DNA of 64,000 nt from Octopus sinensis (Eukaryota), in NCBI RefSeq assembly GCF_006345805.1, contig NC_043010.1, positions 1,550,001 to 1,614,000 on the forward strand, written 5' to 3'. The notes below the pieces were generated by a model. That model did no database searches. It was given only the letters and a program-made list of their open reading frames with translations, and was not told where the DNA came from. Positions 1-14,345 of this stretch are shown here, piece after piece. Both the position numbers and the translations under genes were made by a program. The stretch's first letter is position 1. The number at the start of each line of letters is the position of its first letter.

Positions 1-551
<551 letters not shown>

Positions 552-730
552 CCATATATATATATATATGAAACAAAATAATAAATAAAACATATGCATA
601 TATACATACATATATGTACGTACCTACATCTATATGTATATATACATGTATATATGGGTACAGGACACCAAAAAAAAAAAAAACGTCCGCCTCTGTTTCA
701 TCTACTCCGCGTTTCGAAGATATATATATA

Positions 731-909
731 TGACGGATTTCTTTGAGTTTCTGCTTACCAAATTCAATCACAAGGCTAGAGTTTCCGTCTACTAAATTTA
801 CTCACAGAGCTATTGTAGAAGAGTCTTGCCGACGATACCATGCAGTGGGATTGAATCCAGAACCATATGATTCGAAAGTAAACTATTTACCACGTAGACT
901 CGCCTGCGC
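731..909 (-). mobile_element. SINE family B, degenerate 5' half
   Basis: Reverse complement matches the AGGCGCAGGAGTGGCTGTGTGGTAAG...GGAAACTGAAAGAAGCCCGTC consensus seen in many copies in the window. Confidence 0.75.
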
Positions 910-1534
910 TTATTGATAAACAAAATATAAAAAAAGAAGGGTAAAATGGGAGAGAGCTATGTTTTAAATATGCTTAGTCATTGAGAAATAACCGACGTAC
1001 ACATCGAGGTTCATGTGATAAAATAGTTATCGTCTGCTGACCTTAAAACGATGTGTTTCTATTGTCGTTCTATTTGATGAGAAATAATTTCAACAAGGAA
1101 CATCGCAGACGTATAACCATCGATGATCTACTTATTAAGATATTATTATTGCTTATTATTATATTTGAAAGTATAATCTATCATTGTGTACCGTCTACAG
1201 AAGCATTTAAATATTACGTTTATGTGGGAATTTATAACTATTATGGGATGTTGATCGGAAAATGTAACTATTATGGGATGAATTTCTATGAGAGTTAAGT
1301 ACGTGTACACATACTATACACACTTGTGTGTGCGTTTATATACATACATATATATATATATATATTTATATACACATATATATATACATATATGTATATA
1401 TACATATTTATATAAAAGGTATTTATATATTATATATATATTTAAGGTATTTATGTTATATATATATATGGTATTTTATGTTATATATATATATATATAT
1501 ATAATATATATTGTATATTTAAGGTATCTATGTT

Positions 1535-1573
<39 letters not shown>

Positions 1574-2189
1574 GGTATTTATGTTTATTATATATATATA
1601 TATAATATATATATGTATATTTAATGTATCTATGTTATATATATATATATATGGTATTTATGTTTTATATATATATATATGCCACACACGCCACACTTAC
1701 ACACACACACACACATATGATATATACTGATATATATATATAAATGATATTATGTTTAATATATAAATATACATATATATGTATAATATATATATATATA
1801 TATATATATTATATAATATATATACATATATATATATACATTTATATAAACATACATATATATATGTGTATATATATATATATATATATGGACAAACACA
1901 CACATACGCATACACACACACATTAATACATATGGTACGTACGTACATACATATCTATGGGGATTTGTATTTATGTATGTGTATAGGTATGTATATTGAT
2001 GAGTAATATAAATATTAGCGTATGTATTTATGAGAATTATAAATGTGATTATCGTATGTATCAATGAGAATTAAAGCTATTAGTTATTCACAAGGCTGTG
2101 AGGGTTATTACGATAGTTGAGAGTTAGGGGATCTGTGAAGAGAGACGCGCAGCTGATTAACATGTTCTGCGGTTCGAATCTTGCCAACA

Positions 2190-2345
2190 GTACTTATTTC
2201 TTTATTGCCCACAATGGGCTAAACACTGAAGGGACAAACAAGGACAGACAAGCATATTAAGTCGATTACATCGACCCCAGTGCGTAACTGGTACTTAATT
2301 TATCGACCCCGAAAGGATGAAAGGCAAAGTCGACCTCGGCGGAGT
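2190..2345 (-). mobile_element. SINE family C, 5'-truncated
   Basis: Reverse complement contains GAGGTCGACTTTGCCTTTCATCCTTTCGGGGTCGATAAATTAAGTACCAG and the ...AAAGAAATA tail. Confidence 0.9.
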
Positions 2346-2440
2346 ACTGCGATGTTATCCATGACCAAGACACTTTAACTTTCAAAAGATGGTGGTGATG
2401 GTGGTAGTGGGGGTGGTCATGGTGATGATGATGGTTATGG

Positions 2441-2475
<35 letters not shown>

Positions 2476-3934
2476 CTGATGATGATAACATACATGCGTA
2501 TATGCACTAACACACGTGTGTACCTAGCTACAAGAAGTCGTTGATTCACATTTTAGTACTGTTTCCCTTTGTCTGTTTCTTTCACACGCACATACAGACA
2601 CACACAGGGATATGCACATACACATACAGGGATATGCGCATATGCATACACACACAGGGATATGCACATACACACACGCTTTGCCTCTCTTTCTCTTGTA
2701 TACGTACGCACTAATTCATCACCATACACACATGCACTAACTATCTCTTTCCCTCCGCCATACACCAACCACTTTTTAAACACACAGCCATACTAACTCC
2801 CAACTCCTCATCTCTCCCTTTTTGTGCATTTTTTTTTGTTCTTTGTTCTTCACTCACACATACGCACATTAATTCGCACATTGATACACACACACACACC
2901 ACATTAAAACAGGTACACACACGCAGAGACACAAACACAATCACACACCAACAGACTCACACTAACATTTACCTATACACACACAATGACACACTAACAC
3001 AAACCATCTGTTTTCAGCTACACAATGGAATGCAAGGTTGGCTAAATTTATATAGAGAACCAAAGTTGACCTAACTAGTCAATAATCCGGACGAATAACA
3101 ATCAATCAATATACTTTTGCAGGCAAACTTTGTATGGCAAAAGATGAGCTTCCGGTAAGACGAGACGGCGGCGCAGTCTCAATTTCCGGTGAAAGCCATT
3201 TCTACTCACTTACACCATTAAGGCTGTATATGCGTCACACTTAGCATTTAACCCCCCTCCCCAGCTTGAAATATAGAATGACAGGCAGAAAATGTATTAT
3301 ATAGTACCAGGCAAAATGACTTGTCGCTATAAAACACTTGGTCGAGTGACCTGCAAGAAATAGCAGTCAAGCTTCCCTCGAATCATATCCTACTACCTTA
3401 AAAGATAAAAGCAAATATAAATAAATGATGGCAATGAGGACAACGTTGTGTTAGATAAACCATTGCTAAATCAACACAAGCGCAATGAAGTACATTTTGG
3501 GCTTCTGAAAGCTCATATCTGTCGTGGGTAGAGTACATTAATGCTCGTATATCCATCCCTGATGAGTGATATCTGTGTGTGTGTATGTGTGTATCTTTTA
3601 TCGTTTACTTGTTTCAGTTATATTGACTGCGGCTATGCTGGGGTACCGTTTTGAAGGGTTTCTTAGTCGAACAAATCAACCCCATGACTTATTTCTTAAA
3701 GCCCAGTGCTAAAGCATTTGGTTTACTTCTTTAAAAGAGAACAAGACAACAACAACAACAGCAGCAGCAACCATCAACAGCAAATGAATGAAAATCTACG
3801 TGATTGTTCGACTTGCTAAAAATAGCAGTCACATCTCACTCAAAGAGCATTTTATTGTCTTAAGAATAAATGTGTTGGATAATACATTTATTTTTCTCGT
3901 TTCTTTGCTTTTTCTTTTCTACTTTTTTTTTGTC

Positions 3935-4207
3935 GGTTTGATGGAAGCCGTGGAGCTCGTAGACTTTGCAGGTTTTCCGATGCCTGTGAGATGGACGTCA
4001 TTAATATTGTTTCCCTCAAACTGTTCCAAATCAACGGCTGCTGGAAAGCCTGGAGCAAAGAGGATATTCCAGAGAAAGGATTAGGAACGCTGGTTAATGC
4101 GAGGCCTACTAATGGTGGGATTTGATTAATTAAGAGTTTGAGCAGTTGTGTACAAGTCACTCTTATATGGCACTTTTGAGTCTCCAAACTGGTAATTACT
4201 GAGTGGA

Positions 4208-4239
<32 letters not shown>

Positions 4240-5390
4240 GAGAGAGAAAGAGAGGGTGTGAGAAAGAGCGAGCTCGTTATTGTATGCTGCTATCAACGTT
4301 CCGTTTGAGATTTTAGATACGAGTACAACCACCTCCAGTCAATCTACACGGCTTCTTGATCTGTTTGAAATAATAGCTAATGTCCTTCAAATCATGCTCT
4401 ACTTACTTAAAAGAAGAGACCTTGAAATTATGTCCAAATACAGTAAAGTTTTTAAAGGTACAGAATTTTTTAAGTGAGTTTACGTTGTTTTCGCGATTTT
4501 TACATAGTGTTTACAAAGATCAGGTTATGTTCTTGTAGAGAGTGAGTGATTGATGAGTTTGATGAGTATAGGGACAATTTCTAGTCTCAATGCTTGGGGT
4601 TAATATTTTGCAAAATTTTGGTAGTTTATTTGTATTTTTCTTCAAGTTACAACAAAAGCAGCCTAGCATTCAGAACAGAGACTATCACGTTGCACAATCT
4701 GAAGCTACCTTTCTGCCAGTTCTTGGATTCAATGCTGATACAGTTCTTGTCCTTTGAGGGCGAAGAACCCTTTCATTGGAGCTTCCACCTCGTCTTGGTT
4801 GTCGCGAGCGTAGGGAGTTATGGATAGGAACGAGTAATAATCCAAGGGAGTTAAGCCAAAATAGAAACGATACTATCAGGTCCGATAATCTTGTTGATGT
4901 GAAGCTATCGGGAATATTCTTATGCTTGGTGTATAAATGCAAAGGGAATATTATGGGGTAGTTGACGATAAAATTTGGAAGAGATTTGCCGAATGCGCGA
5001 GACGTAGAGCGCGCTGCAAAAAATGGAGATTTTTTCATTTATTATTCGCAGAGACATCGTTATTGAGAAGTGGAAGGAAACAGAAATACGCAAGGTATCT
5101 TAATGACAGACTGCAGACTGGGAGGTAAGAAAGCTTGAGGGCTGTACGATGCACAAAGGCATCTTTTGCAGTTCGTTTAGGGGTGTTGCAAGTATTACGT
5201 GCAAGGTAAATACTGCTCGGGTTGGGAAAGAAGGGGGAATATTCCTGATGTTACAAGCCTTGCTTATTTGTCTGGACAGCTGTTATGAAGCTATGAATGA
5301 ACTGTTCGGCGGGCATGAGATACTAAGCTTTTGCTGTGTGAGTAATATGAAGGACCATGTCCAAAAGGATAGATATGTGCACATGTGAAC
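3935..5390 (-). pseudogene. Highly decayed CR1/L2/Jockey-group LINE ORF2 remnant, interrupted by (GA)n at about 4205-4270
   Basis: Manual minus-strand translation gives LHINKIIGPDSI (like KAPGPDGI), IVPILIKLINHSLSTRT*PDLCKH (like LAPILTKLFNHSLSTGTFPDLWK) and IWNSL...NLQSL (like LWNSL...NLQSF), in the expected order with many stops and frameshifts. Confidence 0.55.
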
Positions 5391-5711
5391 AAACAGAATG
5401 CACGTGCTAGGCTGATCTCGATCTCAACAGCAGCTACATGTTCCTTAAATCATACCCTGGGATATGTAGTCCGACATAAGCTGCGGGTGAAAAAGGCAGG
5501 ATGGTCAAGATTAGAGCGCCTTTGATCATAGGTTTCTCATCAGTCAACAACGTTTAACCTACGTGATAGCCCGAACTGTTAGAAATAATGATCAATTATC
5601 TCTCAAATCACATCCAATTCTCTTAAAAGAGGGTACCTTCAAATTATGTAGTCCTACTGGAATATTTTTGGTCAGAAATCGCCGTGGGCTAAACAACAAA
5701 AACATTTCTAA

Positions 5712-6075
5712 CGTTGCTGTGTGGTAAGGAACTTTCTTCGCAACCACATGGTTCCAGGTTCTACTATAGCCTCGGGCCGACCAAAGCCTTGTGAGTGGAT
5801 TTGGTAGACGGAAACTGAAAGAAGCCCGTAGTATATGCATATATATATATGCATGTGTGTGTCTTTGTGTCTGTGTTCTCCCCTACAATCATGGCTTGGC
5901 AACAGATGCTGGTGAGATTAAGTCCTTGTAACTTAGCGGCTAGCCAAAAGACATCGATAGAATAAGCACTGGACTTACAAAGACTAAGTCCAGGGGTCGA
6001 TTTCTTCGACTAAAACCTTATAAGGCAGTACTCCAGCATGGCCGCATGACTGAAACAAGTAAAAGGATAAAAGAA
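5712..6075 (+). mobile_element. SINE family B with internal deletion, internal microsatellite and 3' half
   Basis: GCTGTGTGGTAAG...CTACTATAGCCTCGGGCCGACCAAAGCCTTGTGAGTGGATTTGGTAGACGGAAACTGAAAGAAGCCCG, then the 3' half ending AAAAGGATAAAAGAA. Confidence 0.85.
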
Positions 6076-6369
6076 TGAAAGAATTATATTCACTAACACC
6101 ACGCAGCCTTCATGAGGTCATCTTGTAAATGCTAGTAATAGCATTCCAATCACCCTCAAATGACACTCTAGCATCTGCGAAGGGGAAGGGCAGATAAAAA
6201 AAAAGCAAAAAGCTGGACGACTGCGTCTGGATCAGGTTTCACCTTTAATCTACTCGATTAAGGCAGACCTAGGGTTAAACAACAACAGCTATTTTAACAC
6301 AGTGATATCGTCGCTGTCGACAACCACCACAAAGACCTCCCAGCCTACAACATTCACCACCACCAGCAG

Positions 6370-6418
6370 CAACATCACTGTCATCGTCGTCATCATCGTC
6401 ATCGTCATCGTCATCATT

Positions 6419-6466
<48 letters not shown>

Positions 6467-6720
6467 GTCATCATCGTCATCGTCATTGTCATCATCATTA
6501 TAGTCATCATCGTCATCATCATCATCATCATCATCGTCATCATCATCATCATCATCATTATTATCATCATCATCATCGTCATCATAGTCATCATCATCAT
6601 CATCGTCAGCATCATCATCATCATCATCGTCATCATTATCGTCATCATCATCGTCAGCATCATCATCATCATCATCGTCATCATTATCGTCATCATCATC
6701 GTCATCATCATCATCAACTT
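6370..6720. repeat. (CAT/CGT)n trinucleotide microsatellite
   Basis: Long imperfect CAT array; source of the spurious poly-D, poly-M and poly-I ORFs. Confidence 0.95.
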
Positions 6721-7279
6721 CATCAATAACAAGAATGATAGCAATAACGATAGCAACAACAACAAGCAAGCAATATTATACAGCTGATTATCATCTGTAA
6801 AACTCCCACCACCAAAATATTCTAAGACCACTACCACCACCACCGCCACCATCACCACCACCACCAGCAACAAGAAGAAACAAGCAAGCAATGCCATCAC
6901 AGCCGATACGATAACCAAAACCCTTACCACCCCCACCGAATACAACACCCCGCTACTCCCCCACCCCACCGCCAACAACAACAGCAACAACACCATCACC
7001 GGCAATAACAACAAAATCATGGTACCATAATTTCCAATCAATTTTCTCCCACCCGTTTCTTTTGATTTAAATTTTGAGGACTTAAAAGTGGACGGGTGGA
7101 AAGGAGTAGGGTGAGAGAGAGGGAGAGGGAGAGAGAGGGAGAGAGAGAGGGAAAGAGATAAAAGGAAAATGTGCGGAGGGGTGAGGGAGATGAAGAAGAG
7201 GAGAGGAGAGAGAAAGTCAAATAAATGGAAATGAATAAGGGGTGGGGGATATGAAAAAAGAGAAAAAGGGGTGTTAGTA

Positions 7280-8000
7280 ATGGTGATGGTGGAGGCGGTG
7301 TTGGTGGTGGCTGTAGGTAGGGTTGTAGTGGTGGTGGTGGTGGTGGAGGTGAAGGTGGTAGTTATGGTGGTGGTATTGGTGTAAATGAATTGGTAGCAAT
7401 AAAGTTTGGTGGTAGTAATATGGTGGTGGTGTCGGTGTCCATACTGTTGGTGGTGGTGGTGGTGGTAGTGGCGATAGTAAGGGAGGTTGTAGTGGTGTTC
7501 GAGGTGGTGGTGGTGGTGGTGGTGGTGGTAAAAGTAGTGATGGCGGATGGTGTGGCGATGTTTAAGATAGCGTCGGTGGCAATAGAGTTTGGTAATAGGA
7601 ATGGCTGTAGTGGTATTGTTGTTGTTGGTGGTGGTGGTGACGGTAGTATTGATGTTGGTGGCGGCGTCAGTGGCGCTGATGATAGTGATGGTGGTGGTGG
7701 TGGTGATGGTGGTGGTGGTGGTGGTGGTGGTGGTGGTGGTGGTAGTAATATTGCTGGTGTAACAGTGGTTGGTGATTATAGTAGTAGTGATGATAATGAA
7801 GATGATGATGATAATGATGATAGGTTTTTGGTGGTGCTGGTGGTGATGGTACTGGGAGTGGTGGTGGTAGTGGTGGTGGTGTTGGTGGTGGTGGTGGTGA
7901 CGGTGGTGGTGGTAATAGTATTGGTTTAACAGTGTTTTGCGCTGATGATGGTTATGATATTAGATTGGTAGTCGTGATGGTGGTGGTGGTGGTGGTGATG
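7280..8000. repeat. (GGT)n-rich low-complexity tract
   Basis: Imperfect GGT/GAT/AGT arrays. Confidence 0.9.
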
Positions 8001-10036
8001 TTGATGAGTAAGAGGTAAAACTAAACAAAACCATATAATACCATTCATGTGTTCTTGTTCGATTATTGCTTGAAGCAGACGATCAACTTTTATATCAAAT
8101 ACTACAAATACTACGCTATTTCACGTGACATTCATTCTCTCTCTCTCTCTTTCTCTCTCTCTCCGCCATCTCTCTCTATCTCCCTCTCACACATATAACA
8201 TACACTCTCTTTCTTTCTCTTCTCTCTCTTCCTTCCTCCCCCTCTCTCTTTCTCTCTTCTCTCTCTCTCTTCCTTTCTCCTTCTCTCTCTCTTTCTCTCT
8301 TACTAGCTATCTATGTATGTATGTGTATGTGTGTACCTTAGAGGGAGAGAGAGATAAAGCGGCAGAAATCGATAGACCTACATTAATACGCACACATACA
8401 TACATAAGTACATACGTATGTGCATACATACACACTCACACACATATTTATATATCTACACACACACGCACACACACACATGAAAGTATGTATGCATGTA
8501 TATGAAGAGAGAAAGAGAGTGATGAAAATAATAGCTCGATTGATACATGCATGTGTGTGTGTGTGTCTCTGTGTGTGTATGTGTGCGTAAATGTGTGTGC
8601 ATGTATACAGGAATATATATGCGCATGGGCGAAGCGTTGCATCTAATGCAGTAGTGCTTGTTGACCCCCTTGCTCACAGCTCACCACCCATTAGCCAGAG
8701 CATGTGGCTAAGCTGGAAGCAACCTGGTGAATAGGTCTTTCCTGTCAGTTCCCTATCTCTCCCCCTCTAGGCCGCACTATAGCCACACAAAATAATAATG
8801 TACTTTATGGTCATATGTTGGTCCACAAATACAGTCAAGAGGTACACCCTGATGGATATGCCCCAGAGCTTATAGATTAGTGCCCTTGCTGTTTTGTGGG
8901 TAAGTCCTACAAGAAAAGGACTCGTGGGGTGAAAAAAAGAACGAGAGAAAAAGTAATTTGTCTTAATATTGTCGTCTGTAGTCGACTATAATCGACCATG
9001 ATAACTTTTGACAAGTGTAGGCATCGCTGTGTGGTTAAGAAGCTTTCTTTTCCAACCACATCGTTTCCGGTTTAGACAACAAACGTTTACAGCTAGGATT
9101 GAATATGTGCTATCCTCGACAAGTACCTGTGCGACTGAGCAACTCTATCTAGAAATTGTGGTGCCAAAACCAACAAAGAAATATACTTCAAAAGACAACC
9201 TGAAAAATCACCCGCTCGTTTCCTGGATCGGAAATGGCACCTATCAGTATTCTATACAGCAGAAGGAAAGTAAGAAACTGGGTTGTCACTTGAAATATTC
9301 GGACACTGGTTGGCGTCGGCAACTGGACAGACCCATCCCAGCTTCGAATAGTTCTCATAACCATTAAGGTCGATTTCGGAGAGTTAGTTATTTGGAGAGT
9401 TTTGTCTTCACGAGGTTGTTGATATCTAAACCATTTACTTGAATGACGACAACATAGATGAAAATCAACAATAGTGCACCGGATTTACTACGAAAAATAG
9501 TCAGTTTTTAAACCAACTGAGACACCGGTTGGCCTCGATTAGTCGCTAATGTCACTCTGTGATCTCACAAAAAGTCATTATGTTACAGTACTGGATGCTG
9601 CAATATCAACTCTGTCATCTGATTGTCAAGAGAGAGATCACTTCTGTCTATATTAGATCAAATACGAAATAAGATACCCAAGCAAGGTCAAGACATACAA
9701 TGGATGATTTTGATGCAAGAGTACGGAGAAATGAAAAAGAAAACCAAAAAAGACAAAAGAAAATTCGGGGTCGAATGAGATAAGGAGCCATAATGTTACG
9801 ATAACTAAAAGGAATGGTACCAAACTTGGCACTTCTTCCGGCACTTTACGTTCTAAGTTCAAATTCCACTGAGGTCGACTTTGACTTTCCTCCTTTCGAG
9901 GTTGATAAAATAGGTACCAGATGAGTACTGGGGTTGATGTAATCGATGAGAGCCTCCCGAAAAAAATTCCAGCTTTATGCCTCTACAAGTAAGGGATCTT
10001 ATTATCATTATTAAGGAGTAGCGATGTGGTAAGAAT

Positions 10037-10335
10037 AGGCGCAGGAGTGGCTGTGTGGTAAAGTGGCTTGCTTACCAACCACATGGTTCCGAGTTCAGTC
10101 CCATTGCGTGGCACCTTCGGCAAATGTCTTCTACTATAGTCTCAAAGCCTTGTGAGTGGATTTGGTAGACGGAAACTGAAAGAAGCTCATTTCGTTCTGA
10201 GTTAAAATGCCGCCGAGGTCGACTTTGCCTTTCATATTTTCGATAAAATAAATACCAGTCGAGCACCGGGGTCAATGTAATCGACTACACCTTACCCATG
10301 AAATTTCAGGCCCTGTGCCTATAGTAAATCGAATT
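10037..10335 (+). mobile_element. SINE family B 5' half abutting a 5'-truncated family C copy
   Basis: AGGCGCAGGAGTGGCTGTGTGG...GAAAGAAGCTC is followed directly by ATTTCGTTCTGAGTT...GAGGTCGACTTTGCC...TTCAGGCCCTGTGCCTATAGTA. Confidence 0.85.
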
Positions 10336-10895
10336 ACTTTTGGTACAAAGTACAAATACACAATAGTCAATATGCCTGGCAGAACCAGAGAGAGATATAA
10401 AGCATAATTGTAACAACAAGCTTTAATACTGACAATTAACATCGAAATATATCTGCCATTATTCCCGTTATTTTCCATCGGCAGCGAACGAGGACAACAT
10501 AAACTCGGTCTTATTTGTGGTTGTTGTTTAAAGAACCTCATAAATAAGTCTTCCTCGTTGTACAAGATCTTATTAGTTCTATTTAGCATTGCGAACAACA
10601 TTTCAACAGAGCTACACAAAACACTGTTGTCGATGTGCGCATGTGCATGCGCGTGTGCATGTATGCGTGTGTACACACACACACACATATAAAGATATAT
10701 GTATACATGTATGTGTATATGTATATATATATATATATATTATATATATATATATATATATATGCGCGTGTGTAAGCGTGTATAATATATATATATAATA
10801 TATATATATGTGCGTATATATATATATACATTTTACATAAATATATATGTACATTATATATATATATAATATATATATATAATATATGTGTGTGT

Positions 10896-10929
<34 letters not shown>

Positions 10930-11244
10930 TGTGAGTGTGTGTTTGTGTATGCATGTATGTATGTATGTGCGGAGAAGCCATACAAGTTGGCGTTGAATAA
11001 TACACTAAATTGACTTCCTACATAAATTTCTAATTATATCTGTTAGTTACAGATCAATTCTGTTCTATTTCGTCGTCGAGATAATTGCAAGTAAATATTT
11101 AATGAAATATTAAATTAATTAATTTACTTATTAATGAGTTGGGAATTTAGGAAAAAAAAACGTATTTATTTATTAAATAAGAACGTAAGCAAAACAACGT
11201 TTCCCTTTGTGCTTCTTTGTTTACCTATGATCTTTATTTTCATA

Positions 11245-11820
11245 CATATACGCATACATACATACATACATACATACATACATACATACACACATGCATA
11301 CATGCATACATACATACATACATACATACATGCATACATACATACATACATACATATACGCATACATACATGCATACATACATACATACATACATACATG
11401 CATACATACATGTATACATACATACATACATACATGCATACATACATGCATACATACATGCATACATACAAACATACATGCATACATACATACATACATA
11501 CATACATACATACATACGTACGTACATACATACAAACATACATACATACATACATAAATACATACATACATACATACATAATACATACATACATACATGC
11601 ATACATACATACATACATACATGCATACATGCATACATACATACATATACGCATACATACATACATACATACATACATCCATACATACACACACACATAC
11701 ATACATACATACATGCATACATACATACATGCATACATACATACATACATACATACATACATGCATACATACATACAAACACACACATGCATACATACAT
11801 ACATACATACATACATACAT
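11245..11820. repeat. (CATA)n tetranucleotide microsatellite
   Basis: About 570-bp CATA/CATG array; source of the HTYI and MYVC ORFs. Confidence 0.97.
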
Positions 11821-12223
11821 AAATGCATACAGCCAGGCCGGTAGATAAAAACAGTTATATATAAGTACACATGCATATACACCAAGATAGTTGTGTATGT
11901 ATGTCTGTATATAATTTTGTGTGCATGTATGTATCTATCAATGTATTTGTGTGCACATATATACGCATATGTGCCAATATATGTATGTATGTACGGGTAT
12001 AAGTAGTATACAACTGTGGGTGAGTTTTCGTAATTCTATGTACACAGATTTGTGTGTGAGTGTGTGTCTTTCTTCTCTTTGCTCTCTGTGTCTGTATACA
12101 TATACATACATATATACATAGATATACTCACATATATATACATATACATATAGATATACATATACATACACACACATACACATATATATATATAATATAT
12201 ATATATGTATGTATATGTGTATA

Positions 12224-12301
<78 letters not shown>

Positions 12302-12975
12302 ATACATACATACATACATACATACATACATACATACATACATACATACCTACATACATACATACATACATACATATATACAATGTTTTCAGCTACTCTT
12401 GTACGGTGGTTTCGTCGTTTTGAGTATCAGGAAATTTGTATTCAGCGATCTTCAACAAATTCCATAATAGTTTGTTTTGGCAAATCATATGATGCTTACA
12501 TTTCATGTTATGTGAGACATCAACTGTGTTCTACGAAAAGAAACATAAGATGATCCATTTGTCTGCAAAATAAATTTACACTTCACTTTCAGTTGAATTT
12601 TGTGTCTAACAGGCAATGATGTCAAATACACATTGCGTCCTTTAGAATTATTGTTGAATGATGTGGTTCAGTGCATTACAAACCTGAAAAACCTACCATC
12701 CTAAGCTGTTCCACGCCTCTAGCAAAAAAAGAAAAGAAAAAGACAGTCCTAATGTCGACTTCCAGACACAGCATAAATTATTCGTTATCTCTTTCGGAAG
12801 CAATGGACACATTCGGTCACGTCACTTATCACGTGACACACTATCAATTTTTTTTCTACATCTGCAGCCGAATGGGATGAAGAACACTACATACATGTTC
12901 CTCAATATTAGTGCAAAAGCATACTATCCATGTAGCTATAAGGAACGCATATATGTGTGTGTGTATATATATATA

Positions 12976-13041
<66 letters not shown>

Positions 13042-13077
13042 ATATATATATATATATAGATAGATAGATAGATGGAG

Positions 13078-13135
<58 letters not shown>

Positions 13136-13679
13136 AGGGTCACCCAGAAGTAACCGAGCCTATTGAATTTAGTTATATCCTTTGGCAATAATCAGGGTTC
13201 GGTTACTTCCGGGTCACCCTGTATATCTTTATATATAATATATATGCTCTCGCACACATGTACACGTGTGCAGGACGAAGGAATTTTGTGTCGTTTAACT
13301 GGATTATATCCTTGCATGGTTGTACCTTTTGTGCGATTGAAATTGCTCTGACCTATCTTTATTTAGTCTAAACTAATTTACATACATTTTTTAACTCTTT
13401 TCCTCAGTGCTAGTAGAAGAAAACTGTACATTGACTCAGAGTTCTCCTTCATAGGATACTGTGAAGTGGTAGCTAATCTTGATAGTTAAAGAATCTGTGA
13501 CTATGATAACCTTTGCGTCGTGTAAACACTTATCGCGCTTTTGACCTCATACAAGTGTTCACTGCAGTATATCCCGACGTTTAGCATTTGCAAACGATTA
13601 TAAACTTATAGTGGAGGATAATAAATGAGAAAGCAAAGAAAAACCTGTGATAACAGTTCTTAAGCACTACCAAAGATGG

Positions 13680-13850
13680 GTGCAAGCGTGGCTATGGGGT
13701 TAGAAGTATGCTTCCCAGCCGCCAGGTTCCGGATTCAGTCCTAATGCGTGGAACCTTGAGCAGATGTTTTCTTCTGTCAACTCAGGCCGACCATAGCCCC
13801 GTGAGTGGATTTGGCAGACGGAAACTGGAAAAACCCGTCACATATGTGTG
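13680..13850 (+). mobile_element. SINE family B, degenerate 5' half
   Basis: GCAAGCGTGGCT...CCAGGTTCCGGATTCAGTCC...GTGAGTGGATTTGGCAGACGGAAACTGG. Confidence 0.75.
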
Positions 13851-14104
13851 CCGCATTCAAATGAATGAAACAAACAAAAGAATAAAAAATTGTCAACGGT
13901 ACTTATTTATCGACCCTTGAGAAGTTGAAGATGTCCCAAGCAGGACTTGAACTCAGCTCATATACTTTAAGTTACTAATTATTGTAAGGCGTTATATTTT
14001 TCCTTTTTCGTCAGCCCTTATAGCGATTCTGCCAATCTCATGCCCTTTCATTCCATCAATAAATTAAAAAAACAAGTAAATGCGGACGATAGAGAAGCTT
14101 TCTA

Positions 14105-14222
14105 TGTGGTCACGCGACCTACTTGAAATATCAATCACTAAAGCTTCCCGTCGGACCATACCCAGCTGTTTTAACAAAGGAAAGGAGACATTGGATAATA
14201 TAATCCCGGATACACCATGTCG

Positions 14223-14276
<54 letters not shown>

Positions 14277-14345
14277 GAACAAAAACTAAAAGGCTTGGTC
14301 ACGACCAGGATGTCTTTGATCATATGACTGATACAGTAGGTCTAA
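14105..14345 (+). mobile_element. Dispersed repeat family E (GGTCACGCGACCTACTTGAAATA...CTTTGATCATA)
   Basis: Related degenerate segments occur near 3330-3480, 5400-5700, 6100-6290, 39020-39150 and, on the minus strand, 44860-45060 and 52120-52180. Confidence 0.6.

Noticed and set aside
6275-7041. Long poly-Asp, poly-Met and poly-Ile ORFs
   Set aside because: They are translations of (CAT)n and (ACC)n microsatellites, open in several frames on both strands.
8655-8730. HDV-like ribozyme, suggested by GGCTAA and a TTAGCCA/TGGCTAA hairpin
   Set aside because: No P3/L3 (UCCUCG-like) or P1/P1.1 elements could be placed.
8771-8899. 129-nt exon with a strong acceptor and a GTAAGT donor
   Set aside because: All three frames contain stops, and the region may be the 5' part of an old retroelement.
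9250-9520. RTE endonuclease start (T*NIRTL, like TWNVRTL)
   Set aside because: It is a single short motif with no convincing downstream support.
11134-12553. 200-aa HTYI/MYVC repeat ORFs, with similar ones at 17514, 27977, 47671, 50525 and 60430
   Set aside because: They are stop-free translations of (CATA)n, (TA)n, (CA)n and (GATA)n arrays with no coding features.
12500-12562. 63-nt minus-strand exon (TTTTGCAG acceptor, GTAAGC donor)
   Set aside because: There are stops in all three frames; at most it is a non-coding exon and cannot be supported without RNA data.
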